From positions 128,001 to 192,000 of the forward strand of contig CAVXTM010000012.1 in the NCBI GenBank assembly GCA_963764725.1: DNA of 64,000 nucleotides, written 5' to 3'. How positions within the stretch are numbered: position 1 is the stretch's first letter; each line of letters begins with the position of its first letter. A program made the translations under genes and the position numbers. Below the pieces are notes generated by a model that saw nothing but the letters and a program-made list of their open reading frames with translations, made no database searches and had not been told where the DNA came from. Shown here piece after piece: positions 29,275 through 38,900 of this stretch. Origin of the DNA: an uncultured Gammaproteobacteria bacterium (GTDB lineage: Bacteria > Pseudomonadota > Gammaproteobacteria > JACCXJ01).

Positions 29275-30135
29275 TTACTGTTCAAACTTTGCTAGTTGAG
29301 CGAGTTGACGAGCGTTGTCGTCACGAAAGCGCTCGAGCTCGGCGGCTAAATCGGCGTTAAGTCCGGTGAGCCAATGCGACCGCTCCATAACCTTGAGTCG
29401 GTCACGTAGCAAGCCAGCTTCCTGTTCCCGGGTGAAAGGCTTCCCCGGAACCCAGCGGCCGAGTCGCGCACCGTCGTCTAAACACCGAGCCCAGGTCCAG
29501 ACTTCCGGCAATACGACGACTCGGCACAGATAGTAGACACGCATCTGGAATTCCCAATCCTCGCACGAAAGGAGATCCTCGGCAAACAAAGTTCCTTCTA
29601 TGTGGGCTAACGCTTTGCGACGCAGGATTATCGAAGACATCTGCACGGCATTCATACTGTTGGTCCATAACCACTGGCATTCACTCACCCAGCGCACTTG
29701 TCCCTGGGCGGCTGCAAGCAGACCGGTTCGCGCGAAACGACTGCGATCGTCAGCTTGTCCCTCAACAAAGCACAGGCTATCCGACACCACTGCCTCCGCA
29801 TCCGGGAACAGGCCCAACACGCGGAGTTCCGCATCCAGCTTCCCGGGTAGCCAGAGGTCATCGGAGTCGAGAAAAGCCAGCAGCTCCCCGCTCGCCAAAC
29901 GTACACCGGCGTTCCGCGCGGCGCCTACGCCTCGGCGGCTTGGCAGGCGAAGCAAATAGATGCGGGAGCCAAAATTCCGCGTGAGCATGTTCGCAGTGTC
30001 GTCAGTAGAGCCGTCATCAACGACAATGACCTCAACTTGCCCAATTCGTTGGCTTAAGGCGCTTTCAACTGCCTCGCATACCAGCCGAGCCCGATTCCAA
30101 GTCGGGATCACAACAGATAGGAGCGGGGTGGTCAC
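29275..30135 (-). CDS. GT2-family glycosyltransferase
   Basis: LSVVIPTWNR, EVIVVDDGSTD, AARNAG, LAFLDSDDLW.PGKL, CEDWEF. GTG start chosen to avoid overlap with the upstream gene. Confidence 0.92.
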   Translation of the reverse strand: MTTPLLSVVIPTWNRARLVCEAVESALSQRIGQVEVIVVDDGSTDDTANMLTRNFGSRIYLLRLPSRRGVGAARNAGVRLASGELLAFLDSDDLWLPGKLDAELRVLGLFPDAEAVVSDSLCFVEGQADDRSRFARTGLLAAAQGQVRWVSECQWLWTNSMNAVQMSSIILRRKALAHIEGTLFAEDLLSCEDWEFQMRVYYLCRVVVLPEVWTWARCLDDGARLGRWVPGKPFTREQEAGLLRDRLKVMERSHWLTGLNADLAAELERFRDDNARQLAQLAKFEQ

Positions 30136-30211
30136 ATTGAAGTCCTTCGCCAAGTCGAGAAATAACCGCGTTCCCGGAAACCGGAATGCCTGCGTCAAAT
30201 TGTCCTGATTG

Positions 30212-31072
30212 TCAGACAGCGGCAAATAATATCTGGCGGTCGCTCGCGCAGTACGCGGCGACTGCTTCCTCAAAGGTTACCATAGGCGGTTTATCAATGA
30301 CCTCAAAGTGGTGGTGATCTCTGGGGCCATCTCCGCGCACCCAAACAACCGCTCTGCGGCCGTTGTAGAGCTCGGGAATGGAGTAACTGGCGGATAATCC
30401 GATTCGACATTCAGTTGATAAATTCGAGTTTGAACCGTGAAGAAGCGCTGGGTGATGAATGCTCATCTCCCCTGGTGGCATAACGAGATCAAACCCTGAA
30501 TCAGAGTCTGGTGGAACTCTCGTGATCCTACCGGACAGCTCGTCCCCGTGCTTCCGGAACCAACTCTCTACCGGAGCTGATGTGCTGCCGGGGAGGGGCT
30601 CCAAATCGGGGCTCGAGTCATGTTGCAAGAGGCCATGCCGATGAGATCGGGGTACAACTCGCAGACAACCATTTTCTACAGTGGCGGCTGTCAACCCAAG
30701 CCAGATGGCCGGCGCGCGACCGTCTTCCAGTCTTTCGGTGATGCCATCCTGATGCCACCCGACGTAAGAGGCACTTCTCCCGTACTTGTAAAACACCCTC
30801 GTTGATTTGAGCACGATGTTGGGGCCGAGGAGTTGTTCGAGACAGTCCAACAAGCGCGAGTGCGTACTCAGCTCCCAAGCCCAGCGAAAAAAAAGATGGA
30901 GCGCGTTAAGCCGCGTCACCCGACCACCAATCGCTTGGCACGTCTTTTCAACTTCGGCGCGGTAGTAGCCAACTTCGTCCTGCGATAGGATCGGGATCGA
31001 GTGAAGAAATCCCAATTCCTCGTAGTCCGCCAACTGCTGGTTAGTAAGAATGAGACCGTCGCCTTTGGCCAT
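30212..31072 (-). CDS. PhyH-family dioxygenase
   Basis: Y.ELGF, VGWHQD, WLGLTAATVENGCLRVVPRSH, GEMSIHH.ALLHGSNSN...RIG. Confidence 0.9.
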   Translation of the reverse strand: MAKGDGLILTNQQLADYEELGFLHSIPILSQDEVGYYRAEVEKTCQAIGGRVTRLNALHLFFRWAWELSTHSRLLDCLEQLLGPNIVLKSTRVFYKYGRSASYVGWHQDGITERLEDGRAPAIWLGLTAATVENGCLRVVPRSHRHGLLQHDSSPDLEPLPGSTSAPVESWFRKHGDELSGRITRVPPDSDSGFDLVMPPGEMSIHHPALLHGSNSNLSTECRIGLSASYSIPELYNGRRAVVWVRGDGPRDHHHFEVIDKPPMVTFEEAVAAYCASDRQILFAAV

Positions 31073-31271
31073 GTTCTTTTTCCGCCTAGATCGTTGGGTG
31101 GATCCAGTGTAAGAAAATGGTTGGTCAATCGTCAACGGAAATATCAACGAAGTACCCCTCAACCGTTGAGGCGTAGCCGCAAGCGCAATACAATTCTGAC
31201 TACCGGCAATATTTCCGCCAACCACTTTGTAAGCAAACAATCCTTGTGAAGCTTCATGGGATTGGAAAAAT

Positions 31272-32592
31272 ATGACCACAAGCCATATCAAACCGACCCA
31301 CCGGAACAGTCAACGAAACATTTCCATATAGGCTTTGCATTAACCTCGATAGGAGGCCGCAGCGCTGGCAAAGCATGCAGCACAAATTCGCTCAGCATGG
31401 AATCCACTCAGTGCGGCGGTTTTCCGCGTTGGACGGAGACAAGATGAAGCTCCCGGCGAACTGGGTCCACACGCCAGGCGCCTATGGATGCTTGCTCAGC
31501 CATTTGCAGGTCGTTCGCGAGGCGCGGCGACTCGGCGTGCCCAGCGTCCTTATCTTTGAAGATGACGTTGTTTTTGATGATCATCTAGAGAAGAAGTTTA
31601 GCATCTATATTGACCAACTGCCGCCCGATTGGGACATGTTGTTTTTCGGTGCCCTGCATAAGGATGAGCCCATCAAGGTCTCTGATAATATTGCGCGTAT
31701 CACACAGGCGTATTCGACCTATGCTTATGTCCTGAGGGACACGATGTTTGACGATTTCATCGAATTGAATCGCAAAACCGAACAGGAGTTGGACAACAAC
31801 AGTCTTGTTCTGCAACAACAATTCAAATGCTACTGCTTCATGCCGCATTTAGCTTGGGTAGAAACTGATCACTCTGATGCCCAGCAACGCCTGGTGCACC
31901 ACTGGTATCTACGGGAATCGCTAGTGTTATTTGGGCCTAAAGTGGATCGCCTTTTGAGTGACACGACAATCGTCTTCGCACACGGCGATCACACTCAGGT
32001 CGGACGCGCTACCGAGAACCTGATGTATCTGGTGCATTATTATGACAAGTTTTTTTCACCATACATTGCGATGGTGATTGTCGAGCAAGGCGCTCAACCC
32101 ACTGTTAACCCCGCGAACTTGCCCACAAACTGCACATATGTTTTTTTGCGAGATGAGGGTCTCTTTGATAGAGAACGGTGCTTTATTACGGGGATTAGCG
32201 GCTCTAATCCGAGCAGGAAGTTTGTCATCCTCTCAGACAACGACATCTATTTAGAAACTCTGGATATCCGAGCTAATCTGAGGATGTGCGAACGGTACGA
32301 TTGCGTCACCGGGTTTAGTAAGATTATCGACCTGACCAACGAAGACTCTCTCCGCCTTCGTAACACGAAGACCACGCGAGGGATCGACATCACGAAAACC
32401 ACTTCGCTAAGCAATGAGCGCCAGGGTTATTGTCGCTTTTTTAGTCGTGAGGCGATTCAGATTCTGGGGGGATGCGACGAAGGAGGTTTAACGGCGCCTC
32501 TTCTGTCATTGCAGGCAACACAGCTTCGAGTATTTCAATCTCCCAATCACGCTTTGCGTTTGAGCCAAGATCGAGCTTGCAAAACACGCTAA
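31272..32592 (+). CDS. GT25-family glycosyltransferase with second GT-A-like C-terminal domain (probable 5' frameshift)
   Basis: CINLDRRPQRW lies in frame upstream of the called ATG at 31375. RFSALDG, GAYGCLLSH, LIFEDDV, WDMLFFG; C-domain IVEQG...SDNDIY. Confidence 0.8.
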
Positions 32593-32651
32593 AGCCAGAA
32601 GCGCAGAGCGAGGCGGAATTGCGAAGCGAAAAGCGTTCGCAAACCTCACGA

Positions 32652-33572
32652 TCAATCTCCGAAGTTCTTGCTGATCTCCGACAGAAAGGCGATTTTGTCG
32701 ATACCGAAGTAGTGATGGACGACCTCCGTCGCTGGGGGTCCGGGTTGTTCACCGCCCTGGATGACGTGTTCGCGCGAGAGGAATCCGTGAGTCAGTCCGG
32801 GGATTTGGCCTAAGGTTAACCAAAGCGCCACCTGCTCGAGGATCCAGAGGTTGCTTGACGGAAATGACAGCTCCGATACTTCTGGTTCCTCCGCCAGATC
32901 CTGCTCAAGAAGCTCTACCAGGCCCGGCCACAACTTCTCGCGGGTCTGCGGGTTGCGAGCCATACAGGCTGTAAAGCGGAATATATAGGACAGAAACTTG
33001 TCGCTTCTTTTCGCGATCTCGGTCCAGAGCCCATGATTAAGCACGCACACCCCAATATTGTAGGGATTGACCTCGCCTGCGCCTTCTCGTCGCGCGAGCG
33101 TGAAGAGCGCGTCCTCGTCCACGTAGGACGGGTTATAACCGTAGTGACTCGCTTTCGATGCCGGTTCTTCTCGAGCATAGAATTGACGTTCCGAGTAACG
33201 CTCAAACAGCAGGCCAACGTCGCCAAAGAAAAACGTGTCGCAGTCGGTCTGAAGGATCTGTGAAGGGGCCAGCGCCTCAAGCTCCGAAAAGTTAAGCCAC
33301 TTGTGGAGCACGGGATAGTGGGCAAGGGATCGAAAGGCTCGAGGACGGATTTGTCTGATGGCATCGACGTACGCACCCCTATGATGGATGCTGACCGCAT
33401 GCTCTTCGAGGTCAGCAATGGAGCCGGAAGGATGTTCACCGTAAAGGAACACATGAATGGATACGTTCTTGTTGTAGTTACGCAGGCTTCTCACGCTATA
33501 AAGCAGCTGCTCGTGGTAGTTCGTTTGCTGCGGGGGACCGCTAGCGGAGAGGGAGTAGGTGACGATATTCAT
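32652..33572 (-). CDS. Putative GT-A nucleotide-diphospho-sugar transferase (GT8-like)
   Basis: YSVRSLR.YN, HKWL, ILQTDCDTFF (DxD), YNIGVCVLN, EQVALW, VHHYF. Confidence 0.6.
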   Translation of the reverse strand: MNIVTYSLSASGPPQQTNYHEQLLYSVRSLRNYNKNVSIHVFLYGEHPSGSIADLEEHAVSIHHRGAYVDAIRQIRPRAFRSLAHYPVLHKWLNFSELEALAPSQILQTDCDTFFFGDVGLLFERYSERQFYAREEPASKASHYGYNPSYVDEDALFTLARREGAGEVNPYNIGVCVLNHGLWTEIAKRSDKFLSYIFRFTACMARNPQTREKLWPGLVELLEQDLAEEPEVSELSFPSSNLWILEQVALWLTLGQIPGLTHGFLSREHVIQGGEQPGPPATEVVHHYFGIDKIAFLSEISKNFGD

Positions 33573-33614
33573 TGATTCCTGACAAGGTGCAGGTTCATGT
33601 GTGAGAGTACCCGT

Positions 33615-35783
33615 TCAACCTTGCTTTGGACTGGCTATCTTTTCGCTGGCGACATCAAAAAGAAACGAGTGTCTCTCAAGGAACGCTTTATTGTTTTCTA
33701 TTGCTTCCATATACGCATCAAACTCATGCCCCTCGTAGGCCCTTTCAGCCAGCATGTCTCTTTTCTTGTCCTTCCACTCTGAGCTCGCTGCGGTGTTGGG
33801 TTTTATCCTAAGATAGCCTCTGACAAGCATATCCCAGTCAAGGAGTCGCTGTACGAATATCTGGTCAAATAACGCTCGCAGCTTTGGATCGCTCGACAAT
33901 TTGCGCTGAGTCTTTTTGTAAGCTTTTTTCAAGGCTATTCTTGCCAGCTTTTGCCCCTGCTGACAAACCTTTTCGCTGGTACGATAAATACCCTGTAGGT
34001 GTCCAACTGTGCCGAGGGTAAAGCCCGATCTGCCCCAGATATAAGTTTCGTCTAATGTCATGCCATGGAGTGCATCATGGGCGTAAAACTCTCGGTCCTG
34101 AGGGCCAGGAATTACGACAGCGTCATGATCCATGAAGATGATTTTTGTTTTCCACTGGCCAGCGTCCCAAAAACTCTTTAAGCCGACATTTCTGGCGACA
34201 AATGACTCACCCCGAGAGTGACCTCTGACGGCCAATAATGTTCCCCAGAGCCTTCCGATTTCCTGCAATAGAGATAGATAGATCCCATCGGCTCTGGCGC
34301 GGTTTTGCGGTAAGCAAAACGCCGCCGTCAGATACTGCTTATGGCTTCGATACCTGACATCTGGCGGTTGGTAGACACCCAGGACCTCCTCTACAATTGC
34401 ATCTGCTAACCTCCGCGCATCGTGCCTCGAGTAATCAATGCCTAAGCCCTCTTCGAAGTACAGTCGGGGCCCTTCACCTGAAAGGTACGCAGCAAGCTTA
34501 TCCAGTCGAAAAGAGCTCGTACCGGTGAGAATTGCTTGCGCGGGAGAAACAACTGCTATGAATTGCGCGGTAAGTCCTAAGTCGCCGGGTAGGTCAGGCA
34601 GTTTCGCATAGCCTTCGGCTTTAAACGCGGCAACACCGTCGGCCATCGCTTGTCGCATCTCGCGAAATCCTTCTTCAAAAACGCATGGTTCCGTAAAATA
34701 GGTAAGTGTCTGCACCTGTGCGCCGCCTGCCGGAATCGAGTATATGGTCGATCTGGAGATGTAGTTGGCTATCGGCGCTTCTGTAGCATGCACGAGGCGA
34801 TAAATAAGGCTGAGCTTGGCAGCGGCTTTGGCTTCATGCCGCAGGAGCCATTGCATGCTCCCGCCGTCCAGCCGATGAGACGGCGCCACCTCATATCCAT
34901 CGCGTGCGTAAACAACATTCAGACCGAGTGGGCCTTTCCTACCGGCCCTCTTAATTTCGAATTCGATATCGCTTCCGGGCGGCTTAATAGTGAGGACAAC
35001 CGTTGTTAGAGGATACTCCACGAGGGAGTTGATTTCAGAGCTGGTAACCTCAGACACCCAGTAGATACGTGACGACGCACAGAGTTTTTTGAGGATACAC
35101 GCCTCAAAATCGGGCAAGCGGCTTATGGCCCGTTCTCCCTCAGCCTCCACGAATAAAGGTTGTGAAGTGTCCAGGTCTTTCGCTCCATCCGTAACGAGTA
35201 ACTGGCTAAGGATTTCGTCGACGACCTCTTCAGCTGTGAACAAATAGCGTGCAAGAGACAACTTGCAATCGCGACTGGACAGGTCTATGAAGTCGCGTAA
35301 TCCCGTGCCCGAGGTTCTCCGCCCTCTGATCTTTGCGTGAACGCGATTCAGTCTTTGGAGTCTGCGTCGAAACTCGGGAATGAACTGGCGAAGATCGGTT
35401 GTAGAGTATCCCTCCTTCAGCACCGAGCTCACCATCCTTGCGTCGAGGCCCGGCGCCTCCTTAAGATTCAGCCTGGTGAGTAGAAAATCGAAATCATCCA
35501 AATTGTCTGGATGAATCTTCAATATCTGATGCTCGAGCATCAGTACAGCTAGCCGCCTGATATTCCAGGCGGTCCCGGTTCTCTGTTGTGCAACCGTAAG
35601 GAGTTTCAGACAAAGGCATTTGCTGTAGGTCTTATGCCAAAGGAATTCATCAAGTAAACCATACGCCTGAGAGACGTGGTCAAACTGAGTCGTGAGAAGA
35701 CTGATTAGGCGGTCCTGCCCTGAAATGCCCGACGGCCTTCCAAGATCTTTCATCATCTCGGATTTCAAGGCTGCCGGAGACAA
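33615..35783 (-). CDS. 722-aa hypothetical protein, possibly kinase-like fold
   Basis: Long ORF co-oriented with the cluster. EFEIKRAG, GESFVARNVG and KIIFMDHD occur in kinase-like order. Confidence 0.6.
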   Translation of the reverse strand: MSPAALKSEMMKDLGRPSGISGQDRLISLLTTQFDHVSQAYGLLDEFLWHKTYSKCLCLKLLTVAQQRTGTAWNIRRLAVLMLEHQILKIHPDNLDDFDFLLTRLNLKEAPGLDARMVSSVLKEGYSTTDLRQFIPEFRRRLQRLNRVHAKIRGRRTSGTGLRDFIDLSSRDCKLSLARYLFTAEEVVDEILSQLLVTDGAKDLDTSQPLFVEAEGERAISRLPDFEACILKKLCASSRIYWVSEVTSSEINSLVEYPLTTVVLTIKPPGSDIEFEIKRAGRKGPLGLNVVYARDGYEVAPSHRLDGGSMQWLLRHEAKAAAKLSLIYRLVHATEAPIANYISRSTIYSIPAGGAQVQTLTYFTEPCVFEEGFREMRQAMADGVAAFKAEGYAKLPDLPGDLGLTAQFIAVVSPAQAILTGTSSFRLDKLAAYLSGEGPRLYFEEGLGIDYSRHDARRLADAIVEEVLGVYQPPDVRYRSHKQYLTAAFCLPQNRARADGIYLSLLQEIGRLWGTLLAVRGHSRGESFVARNVGLKSFWDAGQWKTKIIFMDHDAVVIPGPQDREFYAHDALHGMTLDETYIWGRSGFTLGTVGHLQGIYRTSEKVCQQGQKLARIALKKAYKKTQRKLSSDPKLRALFDQIFVQRLLDWDMLVRGYLRIKPNTAASSEWKDKKRDMLAERAYEGHEFDAYMEAIENNKAFLERHSFLFDVASEKIASPKQG

Positions 35784-35844
35784 GCATAGTTATCTTATAG
35801 ATGGGAATACGCAGCCGTAAGACTGGGTGGTTTGGTGGTCGTAG

Positions 35845-35877
35845 GAGTGCGGTAAGAGGTGCTTTCTTACCGCACTC
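35845..35877 (-). terminator. Perfect 13-bp hairpin just 3' of the Pro-rich gene (stabiliser or attenuator; no U-tract)
   Basis: gagtgcggtaaga-ggtgctt-tcttaccgcactc. Confidence 0.55.
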
Positions 35878-35884
35878 TTCCGTA

Positions 35885-36571
35885 TCACACTCTAGCGTTT
35901 ACTAAAAAAACTTTTTTTGCTACCGCCGAGAGGCTTGCCACCAGGAGGCGGAGCCGGAGGTCTGCCAGGAGCCGGCGGCTTGCCGCCAGGAGTTGCGGAG
36001 CCGGAGGCCTGCCGGGAGCCGGCGGCTTGCCGCCAGGAGGCGGAGCCGGAGGTCTGCCGGGAGCCGGCGGCTTGCCGGTTGGAGCCGGAGGCCTGCCGGG
36101 AGCGGGCGGCTTGCCACCGTACGGATAACCGCCTCCGCCGCCCTTACCTTTCCCTTTTCCGGGAGGCGGTACGATTCCAAGGGCGATGATCAGAGCGTTA
36201 AGTAACTCTACAGCACAGTACTTCTTGAGTATGAGCGAGACTACTTCATCTGACCCGTAATCACCATAGTAGTAAGGCTTAGGGCCACCTGGAGGTTTAC
36301 CAGGGGCGGGAGGCCTACCTGGAGCTGGAGGTTTACCAGGAGCAGGCGGCCTGCCAGGAGAGGGAGGTTTACCAGGGGCAGGCGGCTTGCCTGGAGCAGG
36401 CGGTCTGCCAGGAGCAGGCGGCTTGCCAGTTGGAGCCGGAGGAGGCCTACCGGGAGCCGGTGGCTTGCCAGTCGGAGCCGGAGGCCTGCCGGGAACGGGC
36501 GGCTTGCCCGTTGGAACCGGAGTTATGCCAGGAACGCCTGCCCGACCTGGTATGATTTTCTTGTCCGCCAT
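35885..36571 (-). CDS. Pro/Gly/Lys/Arg-rich repeat protein with central Tyr-rich and hydrophobic core
   Basis: Strong SD (GAGGAGG) before the ATG. 18 G[KR]PP units with codon-level variation. A probable indel near 35993 would give the end GGKPLGGSKKSFFSKR* at 35892. Confidence 0.8.
   Translation of the reverse strand: MADKKIIPGRAGVPGITPVPTGKPPVPGRPPAPTGKPPAPGRPPPAPTGKPPAPGRPPAPGKPPAPGKPPSPGRPPAPGKPPAPGRPPAPGKPPGGPKPYYYGDYGSDEVVSLILKKYCAVELLNALIIALGIVPPPGKGKGKGGGGGYPYGGKPPAPGRPPAPTGKPPAPGRPPAPPPGGKPPAPGRPPAPQLLAASRRLLADLRLRLLVASLSAVAKKVFLVNARV
35930..36520. repeat. Coding tandem repeats (~18-nt unit encoding G[KR]PPAP)
   Basis: Recurrent ggagccggaggcctgcc / ggagccggcggcttgcc units in two blocks flanking a unique core. 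Confidence 0.85.
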
Positions 36572-36740
36572 ACTTTCCTCCTCGCTGAAGACTGAATCTT
36601 TGTGCTAGTGGTCTGCCGTGCCACGTCGTCCGGCTCTGCTTACCAGCACTGCATAATAGTAAGGACAATCAGATGCATTCAAGACCATTGGTCGCAAGAC
36701 CCCAAAGCGGTTATACCATCTCGGGCTAGCACCGAGGTAA

Positions 36741-38900
36741 TTAGGTCCTCAGATTCTTGTTAACCGGCTGCCTGATGAAGCGATCCAGATCATCCTTCTT
36801 GGGGACGACTGGCCTGATAAGCCGCTGCAGTGGCGCTATCGGGCTACAAGCGGCATTAGACTGGGATGGTGCATTGTTATGCCCAACGCGGAAGATGCCC
36901 CAAGCCCCTTGTCGCGCTTGAATGGGAACGAAGACTGTATATAAGTAGTCGCCTGCGCGGCCGCCTTCGCCACCAGCCTTATCCACCACGATATCAAAAT
37001 GATCTGTCGAGCCATGATTGTCGCGCGAGCCTACCCACTGCGAGAGATTGTTATCACCCATTTCCCTGGAATCGTTCTTATAGGGATTTCGCTGCCAAAC
37101 ATGACCATGCAGCGAGAAGACTTGAGACGTGCCCGTTCCAAACGGATGCATTAGGCGAAATCTAGCCTTGTCCCCAACCTCAGCCGTGAAGATCGGGGTT
37201 TGGGGGTCCTTCTGCGCCTGCTGTATGAGTTGGTTTGACAACATGCACGAGAAATCTGTAGTTGCGTTACCTGCATAGCGGAAGGCCATTGGCTCCGTTC
37301 GATAATTAACCGCGCCGCTGTTCCCCTCTGAGATTATCATGGTATCACTGATCATCAACGCAAACTCACGAAAGGTCGTCTTATTGGGCAATGTGATCGT
37401 TGCTGAGGCGCGAGTTTTGGGCGGTGGTCCGCCGGATGGGTCACAGTCCGCCAGGCTTCCTGTGTCGCCACACTGCCAGCTCGAACCCTGCGGTTCGATA
37501 ATCATCGCCCCGAAGAGACCGTTGATATGTTGATACATAGGATCAGACGGGAAGAGATTGAGCGAACCGAATTCGACCGGCGTATAGACCAACTTTCCGC
37601 CAGCGTCTCTATCGATCTTACCTGCGTACCATTGATACTTGATAGTCTTACCGAATCCCACTACCTGGTCCGGCTGGCCCTGCCTATTCCAACCTACGTT
37701 CATGCCACTGCTCCGAGCGGCATCGTAGCTAAGGAGTTGGGGATGTAGGCCAACGACGCCAGACATCGTCGCTTTGAAGACCGGCTTTTGATTGACAGGG
37801 TTAACGCCATTGAACGGCGACGCCATGAAGAAGTTCTGCTGAAACACTTGCGCTGATGACTCGAGCGCGTTCGTTAAATTGACCTCAATGCAGTCCCCGG
37901 CGTTAGCGCGCAGGATAAGCGGTTCGACGGGCACACCTGGCTTTAATCTGCCTTGAGCATCCAAATCTTCTGTGCGAACATACATGACCCCATTCTCACT
38001 GCGAAGCGTCTGCCCGCGGCTATTAAACACAATTTGCCCCCGCGGAGGATTAGAGCCCGGCACCGGAGTGATATTCGCCAGGGCCTTCTGCGCGGTCACC
38101 GCGGTAACGTTAAAGACTCGTTTCACGGCCGGCGGAAGTAAGATCGCCGGACAGGTCGCATAGGTCACATTCGCGGCCGGCCCGATGGGATTGTTCGGAA
38201 GTGGCTGCAATTTATTCGCGACTTCGGTAGGGTCATAGGAGCGGAAAAGACCCCACATACCATTTGCAATACCGCTATCGTCTAAGCTCGGACTGTACAA
38301 GTAATCGACGCAATTTGCCTGCGACATGCCATCCGGGCATTTGCGACCGTTGTTCGGCGCTGAGGAAGACGGTACGCGAAAGAGCAACTCGAAATGCTCG
38401 GAGAGTCCCATCGCCTGAGCGCTGCGATAGCCGGAATTCTTCCACGACGGTTCCGAGAACCAGGTCGGGCCTTCGAGATTGAACTGGTGGGCAAACAAAT
38501 GTGCCCCGACCAGTACACGAACCTGCACGTTATCGTTCTGATAGGCGCGCATCAAAGGAGTAGCCGGATCACCGTTCGGAGGCGCGTTGCTCGCTTGCTT
38601 CAAGGCCGAGTCGTAGGCGTACGACATGTCATTAGCCGGCCCCACCCGCCACGCGATTGGCTCGTTGCGATAGTTAACTGACTGGGTGCCAGGCGAAACA
38701 AAATTGCCAGTGGTAATCAGCTCCGGTCGTGCCTTAGTCGGGCTGCCCGACGGAGCGTTAATGGCGTACGCCGGGTCTATCCACCCTATCTTCGGGTCAG
38801 CGCTCGGTTGTGTCTTCGGGGGATTCGTGCCCCCTATTGTGGCCCAGGCGTATGCGAGTTGCAGATCCTGAAACTCCAAAACAAATTCACGATAACTCAT
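36741..38900 (-). CDS. Multicopper oxidase, C-terminal portion (MnxG-like)
   Basis: VNYRNEP, EPLILRANAGDCIEV, GLHPQL, QVFSLHGHVWQ, GDYLY, GAWGIFRV. Overlaps the upstream ORF by 14 nt, probably at a frameshift. Confidence 0.8.
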   Translation of the reverse strand: MSYREFVLEFQDLQLAYAWATIGGTNPPKTQPSADPKIGWIDPAYAINAPSGSPTKARPELITTGNFVSPGTQSVNYRNEPIAWRVGPANDMSYAYDSALKQASNAPPNGDPATPLMRAYQNDNVQVRVLVGAHLFAHQFNLEGPTWFSEPSWKNSGYRSAQAMGLSEHFELLFRVPSSSAPNNGRKCPDGMSQANCVDYLYSPSLDDSGIANGMWGLFRSYDPTEVANKLQPLPNNPIGPAANVTYATCPAILLPPAVKRVFNVTAVTAQKALANITPVPGSNPPRGQIVFNSRGQTLRSENGVMYVRTEDLDAQGRLKPGVPVEPLILRANAGDCIEVNLTNALESSAQVFQQNFFMASPFNGVNPVNQKPVFKATMSGVVGLHPQLLSYDAARSSGMNVGWNRQGQPDQVVGFGKTIKYQWYAGKIDRDAGGKLVYTPVEFGSLNLFPSDPMYQHINGLFGAMIIEPQGSSWQCGDTGSLADCDPSGGPPPKTRASATITLPNKTTFREFALMISDTMIISEGNSGAVNYRTEPMAFRYAGNATTDFSCMLSNQLIQQAQKDPQTPIFTAEVGDKARFRLMHPFGTGTSQVFSLHGHVWQRNPYKNDSREMGDNNLSQWVGSRDNHGSTDHFDIVVDKAGGEGGRAGDYLYTVFVPIQARQGAWGIFRVGHNNAPSQSNAACSPIAPLQRLIRPVVPKKDDLDRFIRQPVNKNLRT

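Noticed and set aside
35930-36520. Possible CRISPR array or collagen-like gene
   Set aside because: The repeats are contiguous, vary at third codon positions and have no unique spacers or cas genes. Gly spacing is about 6, not Gly-X-Y.
36600-36630. Sigma-54 promoter upstream of the repeat gene (TGGCACG on the minus strand)
   Set aside because: No TTGC-like -12 element at the required spacing.
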